DNA from: Planctomycetota bacterium
Lineage (GTDB): Bacteria; Planctomycetota; UBA8108; SXIK01
DNA: 64,000 nt
Direction: 5' to 3'
NCBI GenBank assembly: GCA_965223265.1
Contig: OZ244999.1
Location: 4,544,001 to 4,608,000, forward strand
Under the pieces are notes generated by a model. That model made no database searches and had not been told where the DNA came from. It was given only the letters and a program-made list of their open reading frames with translations. Below, in pieces: positions 9,273 through 19,323 of this stretch; position 1 is the stretch's first letter, and each line of letters opens with the position of its first letter. Made by a program: the position numbers and the translations under genes.

Positions 9273-10289
9273 CTATGCGTCGCCAGGCACGACGGCTTCC
9301 GACCCGGGCACATTCATACCAAGGCTGAGGCCAAAGTTCCCTAACTTCGTCTGGATCTCCAGTAGCGTGGTCCGACCGAAGTTCCGCACCTTAAGGAGTT
9401 CGGTCTCACTCCTTCCGACCAGGTCGCCGACCACTTTGATCTCCGCCGTCTCGAGACAGTTGAGCGCCCGAGCTGAGAGGTCGAGATTGGTGACGGGCAT
9501 GGTCAGTTTACGGCGAAACTCCTCGGAGTCGTCGACAAGCGCTTCTTCTTGCAGCATGGCTTCGTCGCGCTGCAGCGTGTAACCAATATCCTGGTACTGA
9601 ATGAACGGGTTGAGATGCTTGCGCAAGATTTTCGCCGCTTCGACGAGCGCCATCTCAGGTGCAACCGTACCGCTCGTCCAAATCTCGAGGATGAGTCGGT
9701 CATAGTTCGTCACCTGGCCGACGCGAGTGTCCTCAGTGTTCGTGCGTACGCGGCTGACTGGAGAGAACGAGGAGTCCATCCAGATGACGCCGATCTCGTT
9801 ATCACCCTCGGCGTTCTCCTCCGCCGTCAGATAGCCGCGCCCCTTGCGGACTTCCAGGTCAACGTGAAACGGCACATCTTCGGTCAACGTGGCAATCAAA
9901 AGGTCGGGGTTGACGATCTTGACCTCCGGACCGTGCTCGATATCCGCGGCTCGGACTTCACCCTTCTTGTCGCGTCGGATGCGCATATCGGCAACCTCGC
10001 CGTCGAAGAGCACAAGCAACACGCTCTTGAGATTCAGGATGATGTCCGTGACATCTTCGTAGACGCCGGAGAGCGTCGAAAACTCATGCTGTGCACCTTC
10101 AATCTTGGCGCGAACGATCGCTGCCCCTTCAAGTGAAGAGAGCAAGATGCGACGAAGACTGTTTCCAACAGTCGTGCCGAACCCACGCTCGAACGGTTCG
10201 ACGATGAACTTGCCGTAATCCGGTGTGCGCGTAGAGTCTTCGCAGATCACAGAATTGGGGATCTCAAAATCCCGCCACCGAATGCGCAT
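9273..10289 (-). CDS. rpoA: RNA polymerase alpha subunit
   Basis: EPFERGFGTTVGNSLRRILLSSLEG; CTD LSARALNCL...VRNFGRTTL; start MRIRWR with GGAGGT RBS. Confidence 0.98.
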   Translation of the reverse strand: MRIRWRDFEIPNSVICEDSTRTPDYGKFIVEPFERGFGTTVGNSLRRILLSSLEGAAIVRAKIEGAQHEFSTLSGVYEDVTDIILNLKSVLLVLFDGEVADMRIRRDKKGEVRAADIEHGPEVKIVNPDLLIATLTEDVPFHVDLEVRKGRGYLTAEENAEGDNEIGVIWMDSSFSPVSRVRTNTEDTRVGQVTNYDRLILEIWTSGTVAPEMALVEAAKILRKHLNPFIQYQDIGYTLQRDEAMLQEEALVDDSEEFRRKLTMPVTNLDLSARALNCLETAEIKVVGDLVGRSETELLKVRNFGRTTLLEIQTKLGNFGLSLGMNVPGSEAVVPGDA

Positions 10290-10424
10290 CGAATCACCTC
10301 CCACGAAGAGTTGCAGTCTGAAATATCGCGGACAATCGACCAACCACGCCGTCGCTCAGCAAAGAGGCGACGTCTCTCTCACCAGCGGTCGCGTCTCGCG
10401 TCGGACACAGGAGCACGAACCGGA

Positions 10425-10796
10425 TCAAACACGACGACGCTTCCGAGGCCGACAGCCGTTGTGCGGCAGCGGCGTCACGTCTTCGATCATCTTGACATCG
10501 AGGCCTGCGCCCTGAATGGCACGAATCGCTGACTCGCGACCGGAACCAGGTCCACGCACGCGGACGTCGACTTCCTTCATGCCCATTTTCTTAGCTTTAA
10601 TGGCGCACTGCTCAGCCGCACGTTGAGCGGCGAACGGCGTGCTCTTACGACTTCCTTTGAAACCGATCGTTCCTCCCGACTCCCAGCAGAGTGTGGCACC
10701 GCTGCGGTCAGCAATCGTCACGATCGTGTTGTTGAAGGTCGCACTTATGTGAACGATGCCTTTGACAACGTTCTTCTTGATCTTCTTTTTCGCCAT
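10425..10796 (-). CDS. rpsK: 30S ribosomal protein S11
   Basis: [36 protein letters not shown]. Confidence 0.98.
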   Translation of the reverse strand: MAKKKIKKNVVKGIVHISATFNNTIVTIADRSGATLCWESGGTIGFKGSRKSTPFAAQRAAEQCAIKAKKMGMKEVDVRVRGPGSGRESAIRAIQGAGLDVKMIEDVTPLPHNGCRPRKRRRV

Positions 10797-10926
10797 CCGA
10801 TTCTCTCTATGCTCCGGAGCCGTCCAGCACGCGCCGGTCGCTCAACAGCAACCTCATCAATCCAACGCAATGAATATAATTTAAATGTGCGGCAGGGCGG
10901 TTCCGCGTGGCCGAGTAGGCCACCAA

Positions 10927-11307
10927 CTAACGCATCTGCTTGATGCTCTTTTTCGTCGCGACAACCTTCTTGGGTCCTTTGCGCGTTCGCGCGTTGGTCC
11001 GCGTATGCTGTCCACGCACCGGCAAGCCACGGCGATGTCGAGAGCCGCGGTAACAGGTGATCGACACCAACCGGCTAATGTTTTCCTTCGTCGCGCGCTT
11101 GAGATTTCCCTCCGTGGGATACTCGTCGACCACGGCCGCAAGCCGTGCCACCTCTTCGTCGCTGAGGTCCTTGGTTCGAATCGTCGTGTCGATCCCTGCC
11201 TTGGTGCAGACTTCGTATGCCAAGGTCCGTCCGATTCCGTGAATGTAAGTGAGCGCGATGCGGAGTCGCTTGTCCGGGGGTACGTCCACTCCGGCGATGC
11301 GTGGCAT
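10927..11307 (-). CDS. rpsM: 30S ribosomal protein S13
   Basis: [10 protein letters not shown]...[26 protein letters not shown]; start moved to ATG 11307. Confidence 0.97.
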   Translation of the reverse strand: MPRIAGVDVPPDKRLRIALTYIHGIGRTLAYEVCTKAGIDTTIRTKDLSDEEVARLAAVVDEYPTEGNLKRATKENISRLVSITCYRGSRHRRGLPVRGQHTRTNARTRKGPKKVVATKKSIKQMR

Positions 11308-11462
11308 GCGAAACCTCTCGATTGAATTCTGTTGAAGAACGTGGTGCGAAAAACAGTCGGCGCTGCATGGCGTGCGCGTCGGTCGTGACAACCGACTTGC
11401 GCGCGCCTCGGCACGTCACGCCAGCGACGGGCCGCGGGGCAGCGAGCGTCAAAACGCGGCGA

Positions 11463-11576
11463 TCAAGACTGCCGCTGCTTGTGCCGCGGATTGATGCAAA
11501 TCACCCGCAAAACGCCGCGGCGGCGAATGATCTTGCAGTTCTCGCACATGCGCTTTACCGAAGATCTAACCTTCAT
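11463..11576 (-). CDS. rpmJ: 50S ribosomal protein L36 (Zn-binding form; below the ORF-track cutoff)
   Basis: Manual translation [37 protein letters not shown]. Confidence 0.96.
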   Translation of the reverse strand: MKVRSSVKRMCENCKIIRRRGVLRVICINPRHKQRQS

Positions 11577-11623
11577 GCTCTGACCTGAAAGAATTCTGTC
11601 CTAAGAATCACGCCGAACTTCCG

Positions 11624-11875
11624 CTAGACGTGCGAAGAATGCTGTGGATCGGAACCTGTTAACGAATTGAGGACGATGCGACCACGTCCGTGATCATAAG
11701 GCGACAATTCCACAACGACCTGATTCCCCGGCAAGATGCGCGTGCTCGTCAGTCGCAGCCCTTCAGAAAGGTGGGCGACGATCTCTTGACCCGTGTCGAG
11801 CTCGACGCGGTAAAGGGCGCTCGGAAGTACGGCCTTAACCTCGCCAGCGGCGCGAACCGCATGTGAACTCTTCAT
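11624..11875 (-). CDS. infA: Translation initiation factor IF-1
   Basis: GEVKAVLPSALYRVELDTG..AHLS...ILPGNQVVVELSPYD..RGRI; canonical position between map and rpmJ; somewhat divergent. Confidence 0.9.
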   Translation of the reverse strand: MKSSHAVRAAGEVKAVLPSALYRVELDTGQEIVAHLSEGLRLTSTRILPGNQVVVELSPYDHGRGRIVLNSLTGSDPQHSSHV

Positions 11876-12177
11876 GGAACGCCGTTCACAAGGTGTTCGG
11901 ACAACAGCGTCGGCTCCGAGCTTCGTGACCCGACAAGACTTTCGCGACTCAATGAACCAGTCAAAAGAATGCCGCAGCCGAGCGCGAGGCGCCGCCGCGG
12001 ACGACAGATCATGCCCCGCTCGCTGCCGTAACCCCTCAGAGAACTAGTCCTTAGCAAGGGTCGCCCGGCGCAGAACAGGCCACAAACCGTCGGATTATGT
12101 CGATCCTGTGAGCGAATGAAAAGAAAATTTTTGGGCGATTTTTCTCACCCGCTGGTGCCGCAACCCGCAGTCGGATC

Positions 12178-12936
12178 TCAGGGAAGGGTCAAGATCTCAG
12201 GGCCCTGCGCCGTGATCGCCACGGTGTGCTCGAAATGAACGGACAACTCGCGATCCTTTGTCACCACGGTCCAGCCGTCATCTAGCGTCTCGACGTCCTC
12301 GGAGCCGGCATTCACCATGGGCTCAATCGCCAGCACCATGCCCGGCTTCAGAACCGGGTCAGGCTTCGGCAGGCGGGATTCCACATAGTTGGGCACCTGC
12401 GGATCCTCATGCAGGTTGGTTCCGATCCCGTGGCCGACGAATTGCTTGACGACCGAGTACCCCAGCCCCTCGACGTAGGACTGAATGGCACGGCCGATAT
12501 CTGAGACTCGGTCGCCGGGACGGCAGGCGGAAATGCCGCGCCCGAGCGCCTCCTCCCCGGCATGGAGGAGCGCCTCGACCTCAGGGTCCACCGTGCCGAC
12601 GGGAAACGTCCACGCAGAGTCGCCACAGAAGCCGCGCAGCCGAACCCCGATGTCGACACTGACGATGTCCCCCTCGCGCAGCTTACGTCGTTTCTTCGGA
12701 ATCCCGTGCACCACCTCGCTGTTGATTGAGATGCACGAGTTGGCTGGAAAGCCGCGGTAGCGATAGAAGAGCAGGCTGCCACCACGCTCGGTGACGAAGT
12801 CTCGCACCATTTCATCGATCGTGAGGGTCGTGATGCCCGGCTCGACCAGCTCGCGGACAGCGCGATGGGCCTGCGCCACGATGCGCCCCGCCTCACGCAT
12901 TCTCTCAATCTGATCGCTCGTCTTGAACTGAATCAC
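12178..12936 (-). CDS. map: Methionine aminopeptidase type I
   Basis: CISINSEVVHGIP, DIG...GDSA, GHGIG..LHEDP, AIEPM, HFEHTV. Confidence 0.97.
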   Translation of the reverse strand: MIQFKTSDQIERMREAGRIVAQAHRAVRELVEPGITTLTIDEMVRDFVTERGGSLLFYRYRGFPANSCISINSEVVHGIPKKRRKLREGDIVSVDIGVRLRGFCGDSAWTFPVGTVDPEVEALLHAGEEALGRGISACRPGDRVSDIGRAIQSYVEGLGYSVVKQFVGHGIGTNLHEDPQVPNYVESRLPKPDPVLKPGMVLAIEPMVNAGSEDVETLDDGWTVVTKDRELSVHFEHTVAITAQGPEILTLP

Positions 12937-13015
12937 ACTACGTAGCTTTCCCGTCCGAGAAACCGAGCTTGCAGGACACGGGAAAACCCGTCAACAGCCT
13001 GTTGAGCACAAACGG

Positions 13016-14398
13016 CTACAGGGTCTTGTCCTTGTCCGGCGTCCGGCTACTGCCGGTACTCTCGTCGCCGCGCACGAAACCTTCGTACTGCCGCACGAGG
13101 AGCTGCGCCTCAATCTTGTCGTCAAGGTCGAGTGCAACACCGACAACGATGAGTATCCCGGTGCCGCCGAGCAGCGCGGACACAAGGAGATCGATGTCCA
13201 TGGACTGTGTAATCAGTTGCGGCGCCAGAGCGATGAGGCTGAGAAATGCGGCCCCGGCCAAGGTGATGCGCTTGATGATGCGATCGATGTATTCTGCCGT
13301 TCGCTTGCCCGGCCGAATGCCGGGAATGAAGCTGCCGTACTCCTTCATGTTATTCGCGATCTCGACGGGGTTGAACATCAGCCCGGTCCAGAAGTACGTG
13401 AAGAAGAAGATGAGCACGACATACAGGGTGATGTACAGAAAACCGTTGTAGGCGAACGCATTCGCGACTCCGGCGAGAGCTCGCGAGAAGAACGTGTCGC
13501 CGCTGGTCATTCCAGCAAAGAAGCTCATGATGCCCTGAGGGACGATCATGAGAGTCTGTGCGAAGATGATCGGCAAGACACCTGCCGCCAGAATCTTTAG
13601 TGGCATGTAATGGCGCTGACCGCCGTAGACGCGTCGCCCTTTGACCGATCGCTGCTGCTGGACGGGAATCCGTCGCTGCCCCTTGGTGACGAAGACGACA
13701 GCCGCAACGATGCCGATGTAGAGCAAAATGAACACCGCCAGCGTCACCACGGCAAAGGGGCGCGTGTCGGGTGTGGCAGTCTTGATCTGTTCAACGAGGG
13801 TGCCGAACGCACCAGGCATCTCAGCGACAATTCCCGCCATGATGATCAGGGACGTGCCATTGCCGATGCCGAACTCAGAGATCTTCTCGCCGAGCCACAT
13901 GAGAAAGAGACTGCCGACAGTCAGGCAAAGCACCTGCAGCGCCGGGGCGAGAGTCCAACTCAGTGACACGGATTGTCCCTGTGCGTCACTCTGCCAATAG
14001 CTGACCAGAAAGAGGCTCTGCACGACGCATAGGAGAAGTGTCGCGTAGCGAGTGTATTGGTTGATTTTGCGGCGCCCCTGCTCACCCTCCTTCGACAGTG
14101 CCTCGAGCCGCGGAAACACCTTCACCATGAGGCTGAAAATGATCGACGCGGAGATGTACGGCATGATGCCGAGGGAGAAAAGAAACGGCGTGAACGAGCC
14201 GCCGGTGAGCGCTCTCGTGTACTGCAGCCAGCCGAGAAGATCGTCGCCGCCCTGTTGCTGCTTCAACGCGACTTCGTGGTCGATTCCTGGTAGGAAAATA
14301 TAGAATCCAAGCCGATAAATCGCCAGCATCCCGAACGTGAAGAGAATCCTACGTCTGAGCTCGGGAATCTTGAATATGTCTCTGAGAATCTTCAGCAT
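13016..14398 (-). CDS. secY: Preprotein translocase SecY
   Basis: LGIMPYISASII, GIGNGTSLII, FIPGIRPG, GGTGILIVVGV. Confidence 0.98.
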   Translation of the reverse strand: MLKILRDIFKIPELRRRILFTFGMLAIYRLGFYIFLPGIDHEVALKQQQGGDDLLGWLQYTRALTGGSFTPFLFSLGIMPYISASIIFSLMVKVFPRLEALSKEGEQGRRKINQYTRYATLLLCVVQSLFLVSYWQSDAQGQSVSLSWTLAPALQVLCLTVGSLFLMWLGEKISEFGIGNGTSLIIMAGIVAEMPGAFGTLVEQIKTATPDTRPFAVVTLAVFILLYIGIVAAVVFVTKGQRRIPVQQQRSVKGRRVYGGQRHYMPLKILAAGVLPIIFAQTLMIVPQGIMSFFAGMTSGDTFFSRALAGVANAFAYNGFLYITLYVVLIFFFTYFWTGLMFNPVEIANNMKEYGSFIPGIRPGKRTAEYIDRIIKRITLAGAAFLSLIALAPQLITQSMDIDLLVSALLGGTGILIVVGVALDLDDKIEAQLLVRQYEGFVRGDESTGSSRTPDKDKTL

Positions 14399-14461
14399 TT
14401 GTGACCGTCGGGCGCGCCTTGGCTGCGGCTGCTATCTACTCTTCAATGTCACGCTCTTCTC

Positions 14462-14929
14462 TCACCGCTTCGACTTCCCGGCCTCGAGAAGCTCGACCGA
14501 ACCACCGGCAGCGCTGATTTTTTGCTGCGCGCTGGCGCTGAGCCGATGAGCAAACACCTTGAGCGACTTCGTCAGCTCGCCGGTTCCCAAAACCTTCAGT
14601 CGTCCGTGGCGCGCCTTGATCAGGCCGCGCTCGGCAAGAGCCTCCAGGCGTACCTCGTCGCCGGCTTCGAACGCCTGGTCGAGAACGCTGAGGTTGACAA
14701 TATCATATCGTCGGCGGAACAGGGCGTTACTGAACCCCCTTTTGGGAGTTCGGCGCACTAGGGACATCTGTCCACCCTCGTACGCTTCGCGGCGGCTCCA
14801 GCCGGAGCGTGAGTGGGCACCCTTGTGTCCACGGCCGGCGGTCTTGCCGTTGCCGCTTCCTTGGCCACGTCCGCGGCGCTTGCGCGCCGGACGCCGCCCT
14901 GCTTTCTCCAAGATTTCAGTCAGCTTCAT
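14462..14929 (-). CDS. rplO: 50S ribosomal protein L15
   Basis: RGRGQGSGNGKTAGRGHKG, EGGQM..RR.PKRGF; ATGA overlap with rpsE. Confidence 0.97.
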   Translation of the reverse strand: MKLTEILEKAGRRPARKRRGRGQGSGNGKTAGRGHKGAHSRSGWSRREAYEGGQMSLVRRTPKRGFSNALFRRRYDIVNLSVLDQAFEAGDEVRLEALAERGLIKARHGRLKVLGTGELTKSLKVFAHRLSASAQQKISAAGGSVELLEAGKSKR

Positions 14930-15648
14930 GTTCCGACCTCCACGCCGCGCAGTCGCGAGACCTCCTCACGCGTCCGCAGCTTGGCGAGGCCGTCGAGGGT
15001 CGCCTTGACGACGTTGAGCGGATTCGCGCTCCCATAAACTTTCGTCAGCACGTTTTTGACGCCGGCACACTCCACCACCGCACGCACGGCGGCACCTGCG
15101 ATGACGCCGGTTCCTTCGGCGGCCGGTACCAACACGACCTTCGAGGAAAGGAATCTCCCCACTACCTCGTGTGGGATCGTGTTCCCTTTGAGGGAAACCT
15201 TGCGCTGGTTCTTCCGCGCTTCCTTGAACGCCTTCTCCACCGACGGCGGCACTTCATTCGCTTTCCCGAACCCGATGCCGACCGCGCCTTCACGATCACC
15301 GACGACGACAAGGGCGCTAAAGCTGAAACGACGGCCACCCTTGACCACGGTGGCGCATCGGTTGATGCGAACAACACGCTGTTCTTCTTGCTGCGCGTCC
15401 GGGTCGTCGCTTTGTCGACCACGGGGGCCGCGGCCCCGGTCTCGGCCGCCGAAACCGCCGCGACCGTGCGGGCGTCGACCGTCGCCGCGCGATCCACCGC
15501 CCCCACCACCGCCGGCCGAGCCACCTTGCGCGGATCTGGTCGGAGACGCGGGAGCGCTCGCTGGACGAGTCTCTGAACGAGCCGGCGCCGCTGCCTCAGT
15601 CTCGCTGCTAGCAGGCGTTTCGTCCTTCTTTTTCGGTTCCTCACTCAC
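14926..15648 (-). CDS. rpsE: 30S ribosomal protein S5 with a long N-terminal extension
   Basis: INRCATVVKGGRRFSFSALVVVGD, GTGVIAG; GTG start at 15648 with AAGGAG RBS. Confidence 0.95.
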   Translation of the reverse strand: MSEEPKKKDETPASSETEAAAPARSETRPASAPASPTRSAQGGSAGGGGGGGSRGDGRRPHGRGGFGGRDRGRGPRGRQSDDPDAQQEEQRVVRINRCATVVKGGRRFSFSALVVVGDREGAVGIGFGKANEVPPSVEKAFKEARKNQRKVSLKGNTIPHEVVGRFLSSKVVLVPAAEGTGVIAGAAVRAVVECAGVKNVLTKVYGSANPLNVVKATLDGLAKLRTREEVSRLRGVEVGT

Positions 15649-15805
15649 GGAAGCACTCCTTCGTGTCTCTCTGCAAAAAGTCTCTTTGACGGCTGTTGGA
15701 TCGCCGCACTCTGTACACCCTCGCCGCCGACTTCGCGGCTTAGAGGGTTCCACAGATCTTTCATTGTGTGAATGGATTCTCTGTGTGCTGCGTCCAAATC
15801 CGCGA

Positions 15806-16183
15806 CTATATCTTGAGCCCCGCTTCTCGCGCCCCCTCGGCCACGGCCTTCACACGACCGTGAAAGCGAAAACCGTTGCGATCGAACGTGCACCGTTCGA
15901 TCCCGAGTTCCTTCGCCTTAGCGCCGATCAACTTACCGACGACAGTGGCTGCATCGCGCTTGCCACCGTCCCCGGAAATCTGATCACGCACCTGCTTCTG
16001 CTGCGTCGAGACCGCTCCGAGCGTCACCCCTCGGAAGTCATCGACGAGCTGACAGGAAATGTGTTTCGAGCTACGAAAAACGGTCAAACGTGGCTGCTCA
16101 GCGCTTCCGAACACCTTCCGGCGCACGTGGCGCTTGCGTCGCAATCGGCGGCGCGTCTTCTGAATGGATTCTTTACGTCTCAT
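15806..16183 (-). CDS. rplR: 50S ribosomal protein L18
   Basis: PRLTVFRSSKHISCQ, FDRNGFRFHGRVKAVAEGAREAGL. Confidence 0.97.
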   Translation of the reverse strand: MRRKESIQKTRRRLRRKRHVRRKVFGSAEQPRLTVFRSSKHISCQLVDDFRGVTLGAVSTQQKQVRDQISGDGGKRDAATVVGKLIGAKAKELGIERCTFDRNGFRFHGRVKAVAEGAREAGLKI

Positions 16184-16198
16184 GAAACGAAACTTCTC

Positions 16199-16756
16199 TT
16201 AGTCGCTGGAACCAAAGCTCTTGCCGGTCTTGCGAATGATGCGCTCACCTTCGTACCGAATGCCCTTACCCTTGTAGGGCTCCGGAGGTCGGATCTTTCG
16301 AATCCCGGCCGCGAACTCACCAACCAGCTGTTTGTCCGGCCCCTGCACGACGATCGTAGTCGGGTTCGGGACCTCGACTTTGATCGTCTCGGGAATCGGG
16401 ATGTCGACGGGATGGCAAAACCCGATCTGTAGTGTGATCTTCTTCCCGGCCAACTTGGCGTTGTAACCGACGCCTTCGATCTGCAGCGTTTTGCGAAAGC
16501 CAGAGCTGACACCTGTCACCATGTTCGCCAAAAGCGCTCGCGACGTGCCGTGGTAAGCGCGATCGAACTTGCTGTCGCCATGTCGCGTCACGCGAGCTTC
16601 GTCGCCTTCGATCGTCAGCGAGACCTCGGAGCGGAAGCCAAAGCTCAACTTTCCATTCGGACCTTCAACCTTGACCTGCGTCCCCGAGCCATCTTTGCTC
16701 TGGGATACCTTGACACCCGAAGGAATCTTGATGGGTAGTTTTCCGATTCTGGACAC
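16199..16756 (-). CDS. rplF: 50S ribosomal protein L6
   Basis: MSRIGKLPI...RPPEPYKGKGIRY. Confidence 0.97.
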   Translation of the reverse strand: MSRIGKLPIKIPSGVKVSQSKDGSGTQVKVEGPNGKLSFGFRSEVSLTIEGDEARVTRHGDSKFDRAYHGTSRALLANMVTGVSSGFRKTLQIEGVGYNAKLAGKKITLQIGFCHPVDIPIPETIKVEVPNPTTIVVQGPDKQLVGEFAAGIRKIRPPEPYKGKGIRYEGERIIRKTGKSFGSSD

Positions 16757-16820
16757 TGCTGTTTCATCCCCTCTGGGATGCTCGTCTCAAGAAGAACTCA
16801 CGCAGCACGCGCGCGCTACG

Positions 16821-17219
16821 CTACCAGACTTCACACAACACTTCGCCGCCGACGCCGAGTTTCTTCGCCTCGATGTTGGACATGACGCCACGTGACGTTG
16901 ACACGACCGAGATTCCAAGCCCATCGAGCACATCGCGAATCTCCTTGCCGCGCGCATACCAGCGGCGGCCTGGTTTTGAGACACGCTGAATGTGCTGAAT
17001 GACCTTTTCACCGTCAGGGCCATACTTCAGGTCGACGCGCAGAAAAGGCTTCGTCCCTTCCATCTCAGAGCGGTAATCAGCGATGTAGCCCTGCTCTTTG
17101 AGGACGCGAAGCACATTCTTCTTCAGATTCGAATGCGGCACGGAGACCGAAGCCGAGCCGTTGAAGTTGGCGTTGCGAATGCGCGTTAAAAGGTCCGCAA
17201 CTGGATCCGTCATACTCAT
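16821..17219 (-). CDS. rpsH: 30S ribosomal protein S8
   Basis: MSMTDPVADLLTRIRNA, SKPGRR.Y, STSRGVM, GGEVLCEVW. Confidence 0.97.
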   Translation of the reverse strand: MSMTDPVADLLTRIRNANFNGSASVSVPHSNLKKNVLRVLKEQGYIADYRSEMEGTKPFLRVDLKYGPDGEKVIQHIQRVSKPGRRWYARGKEIRDVLDGLGISVVSTSRGVMSNIEAKKLGVGGEVLCEVW

Positions 17220-17273
17220 GGTTCAAGAACCTTTTCTGTGCCGCCGCGACGACTCGCCGCGAGACTCACATCC

Positions 17274-17459
17274 CTACCAGCTCGACTTTCGCACACCGGG
17301 GATCTCGCCCTTGAGCGCCAGTGTTCGGAAGCAGACACGGCAAATCTGAAACTTACGATAGTACGCGCGACGCCGTCCGCAGAGTTGGCAACGATTGTAA
17401 CGGCGAGTGGAGAACTTGGGCGTGCGCTGCTGTTTGACTCGCCAAGACGTCTTTGCCAC
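17274..17459 (-). CDS. rpsN: 30S ribosomal protein S14 type Z
   Basis: 61 aa; RCQLCGR...CRVCFR Zn-finger form. Confidence 0.96.
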   Translation of the reverse strand: MAKTSWRVKQQRTPKFSTRRYNRCQLCGRRRAYYRKFQICRVCFRTLALKGEIPGVRKSSW

Positions 17460-17463
17460 CGGA

Positions 17464-18003
17464 TCACCTCCTGAACGGAAAACCGAAGTACTCTAAGAGT
17501 GCAAGCGACTCTTCGTCGCTAGAGCGGTCGATCGTCATGGTGACGTCGAGGCCTTGGACGAACTCTACGGAATCAATGTCAATCTCGGGGAAAACCATCT
17601 GCTCGGTCAGTCCGAGTGAATAGTTGCCACGGCCGTCGAACGCACGACTCGAAAAGCCGCGAAAGTCGCGAATACGTGGAATCACGACGCTGATGAGACG
17701 GTCCAAGAACTCGTACATACGACGACCGCGCAGCGTCACCTTGACGCCAACGTCCATGCCTTCGCGGAGCTTAAATCCAGCGATCGACTTGCGCGCCTTA
17801 GTAACGACCGGTTTCTGACCAGAGATCAAGCTCAGGTCACGCGTCGCCGCTTCAATGCGCTTCGAATTCTCCAGCGCTTTGCCGACGCCCATGTTGAGCA
17901 CGATCTTGTTGATGTGCGGCACAGCGTGAAGGTTCTTGTAAGAGAACCTCTCGCGCATTTTGCCGACGATCTCATCTTTATATTTTTCGAGCAGCCGAGC
18001 CAT
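17464..18003 (-). CDS. rplE: 50S ribosomal protein L5
   Basis: [37 protein letters not shown]. Confidence 0.98.
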   Translation of the reverse strand: MARLLEKYKDEIVGKMRERFSYKNLHAVPHINKIVLNMGVGKALENSKRIEAATRDLSLISGQKPVVTKARKSIAGFKLREGMDVGVKVTLRGRRMYEFLDRLISVVIPRIRDFRGFSSRAFDGRGNYSLGLTEQMVFPEIDIDSVEFVQGLDVTMTIDRSSDEESLALLEYFGFPFRR

Positions 18004-18006
18004 AGT

Positions 18007-18312
18007 CTATACGGGTTCGCCGCTGCGTTTGGCGTAACGGACCTTGCGTCCGTCCTCCATGCGAAATCCAACGCGCGTCGGCTGATTGGTCTTCGGATCA
18101 ACCAGCTGGACGTTGGAAACCGGGAGAGGCGCCTCCCGCTGCACACGACCTCCTTGTGGATACTTTTGACTTCGTCGAAGGTGCTTGTAGCGTAGGTTGA
18201 TTCCTTGCACCACAACCTGGTCGGTTTCCTGCAAGACGCGCACCACGCGCCCCTGCTGACCAGCGAAAGCGCCCGAAATCACGACAACCAAATCATCGCG
18301 CTTCAGATACAT
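18007..18312 (-). CDS. rplX: 50S ribosomal protein L24
   Basis: MYLKRDDLVVVISG...G.V..V...VVVQGIN...EAPLPVSNV; start moved to ATG 18312. Confidence 0.95.
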   Translation of the reverse strand: MYLKRDDLVVVISGAFAGQQGRVVRVLQETDQVVVQGINLRYKHLRRSQKYPQGGRVQREAPLPVSNVQLVDPKTNQPTRVGFRMEDGRKVRYAKRSGEPV

Positions 18313-18314
18313 GC

Positions 18315-18683
18315 TTAGACGACCTCCGGCGCAAGTGAGATGATCTTCATGAAGTTCTTCTGTCTGAGCTCCCGCGCGACCGCACCAAAGATGCGCGTTC
18401 CTCGCGGGTTTTTTTCGTTGTCGACGATCACAACCGCGTTGCGGTCGAAACGGACGTAGGATCCGTCCTCCCGTCGCACGGAATGCTTCGTGCGCACGAT
18501 GACTCCCTTGACGACATCGCCTGGCTTGATTTCGCTCGAAGGCAGCGCCTTCTTCACCGAACAGACGATGATGTCGCCCAGAACGGCCTGGTTGCGCTTC
18601 GAGCCGCCGAGAACATGGATACACTGCACCACTTTGGCGCCGGTGTTGTCCGCGACGTCGAGCTTGGATTGCATCTGGATCAT
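18315..18683 (-). CDS. rplN: 50S ribosomal protein L14
   Basis: [17 protein letters not shown]...[13 protein letters not shown]...ISLAPEV. Confidence 0.98.
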   Translation of the reverse strand: MIQMQSKLDVADNTGAKVVQCIHVLGGSKRNQAVLGDIIVCSVKKALPSSEIKPGDVVKGVIVRTKHSVRREDGSYVRFDRNAVVIVDNEKNPRGTRIFGAVARELRQKNFMKIISLAPEVV

Positions 18684-18718
18684 CTTGGCACTCTTCTCGT
18701 CTTCGTCGTGAGTTTTAC

Positions 18719-19027
18719 TTAGTTCGTCGTCTCTGCCGAATCCAGCGGTGCGCCCCGACTCTTCGCTCGCTCGACGATCTCAACGAGTCTCCACGTCTTC
18801 GACTTGGAGAGCCGCCGCGTCTGCGCAATCGTCACCGTGTCGCCCTGACGAGAAGCGTTCTCCGCGTCGTGCACCTTGTAACTGGTGCGGCGGCGAATGT
18901 ACTTCTTGTACAGGGGGTGCTTGACGAGTCGCGTCACGGTTACCGACCGGGTCTTGTTCATCCGATCGCTCGTCACGACTCCAGTGACCAGCCGTGGTCG
19001 CTTTCGTCCTGCTACCGATTCCGACAT
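18719..19027 (-). CDS. rpsQ: 30S ribosomal protein S17
   Basis: [11 protein letters not shown]...[10 protein letters not shown]...HD...GD.V.I..TRRLSK.K.W. Confidence 0.96.
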   Translation of the reverse strand: MSESVAGRKRPRLVTGVVTSDRMNKTRSVTVTRLVKHPLYKKYIRRRTSYKVHDAENASRQGDTVTIAQTRRLSKSKTWRLVEIVERAKSRGAPLDSAETTN

Positions 19028-19102
19028 TTCAATCCTTCCAGTTAATCAAGACAGCCGTTCGCCCGGCGGTGACGAACGCATCGCTCGCCCGATAGCCGCG
19101 GT

Positions 19103-19294
19103 TCACGAGGCCCGTGGCTCGTTCAGAACCGTGAGACACTGAGCGATGTATTTCTTCAAACTCTTCATCTGCCCTGGATTCTCCAGGTCCTTCCCCTTGG
19201 CTTGAAATCGCATGCGGAACAGCTTCTCACGGGCCTTCTCGAGTTCCGTTCGAATCTCCTGTTCGGGAAGCTGTCTGAGTTCCTTGACTTCCAT
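19103..19294 (-). CDS. rpmC: 50S ribosomal protein L29
   Basis: ELR...EL...REKLFRMRFQ...LENP...KK.IA; canonical position. Confidence 0.93.
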   Translation of the reverse strand: MEVKELRQLPEQEIRTELEKAREKLFRMRFQAKGKDLENPGQMKSLKKYIAQCLTVLNEPRAS

Positions 19295-19323
19295 TTGCCT
19301 TAACTTCCAGCGACTGTTTTCCG

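Noticed and set aside
15056-16432. Long antisense ORFs over conserved genes (also 3755..5089, 28022..29500, 34882..35856, 38298..39353, 56493..57974)
   Set aside because: Typical high-GC antisense shadows of genuine genes, with no independent motifs.
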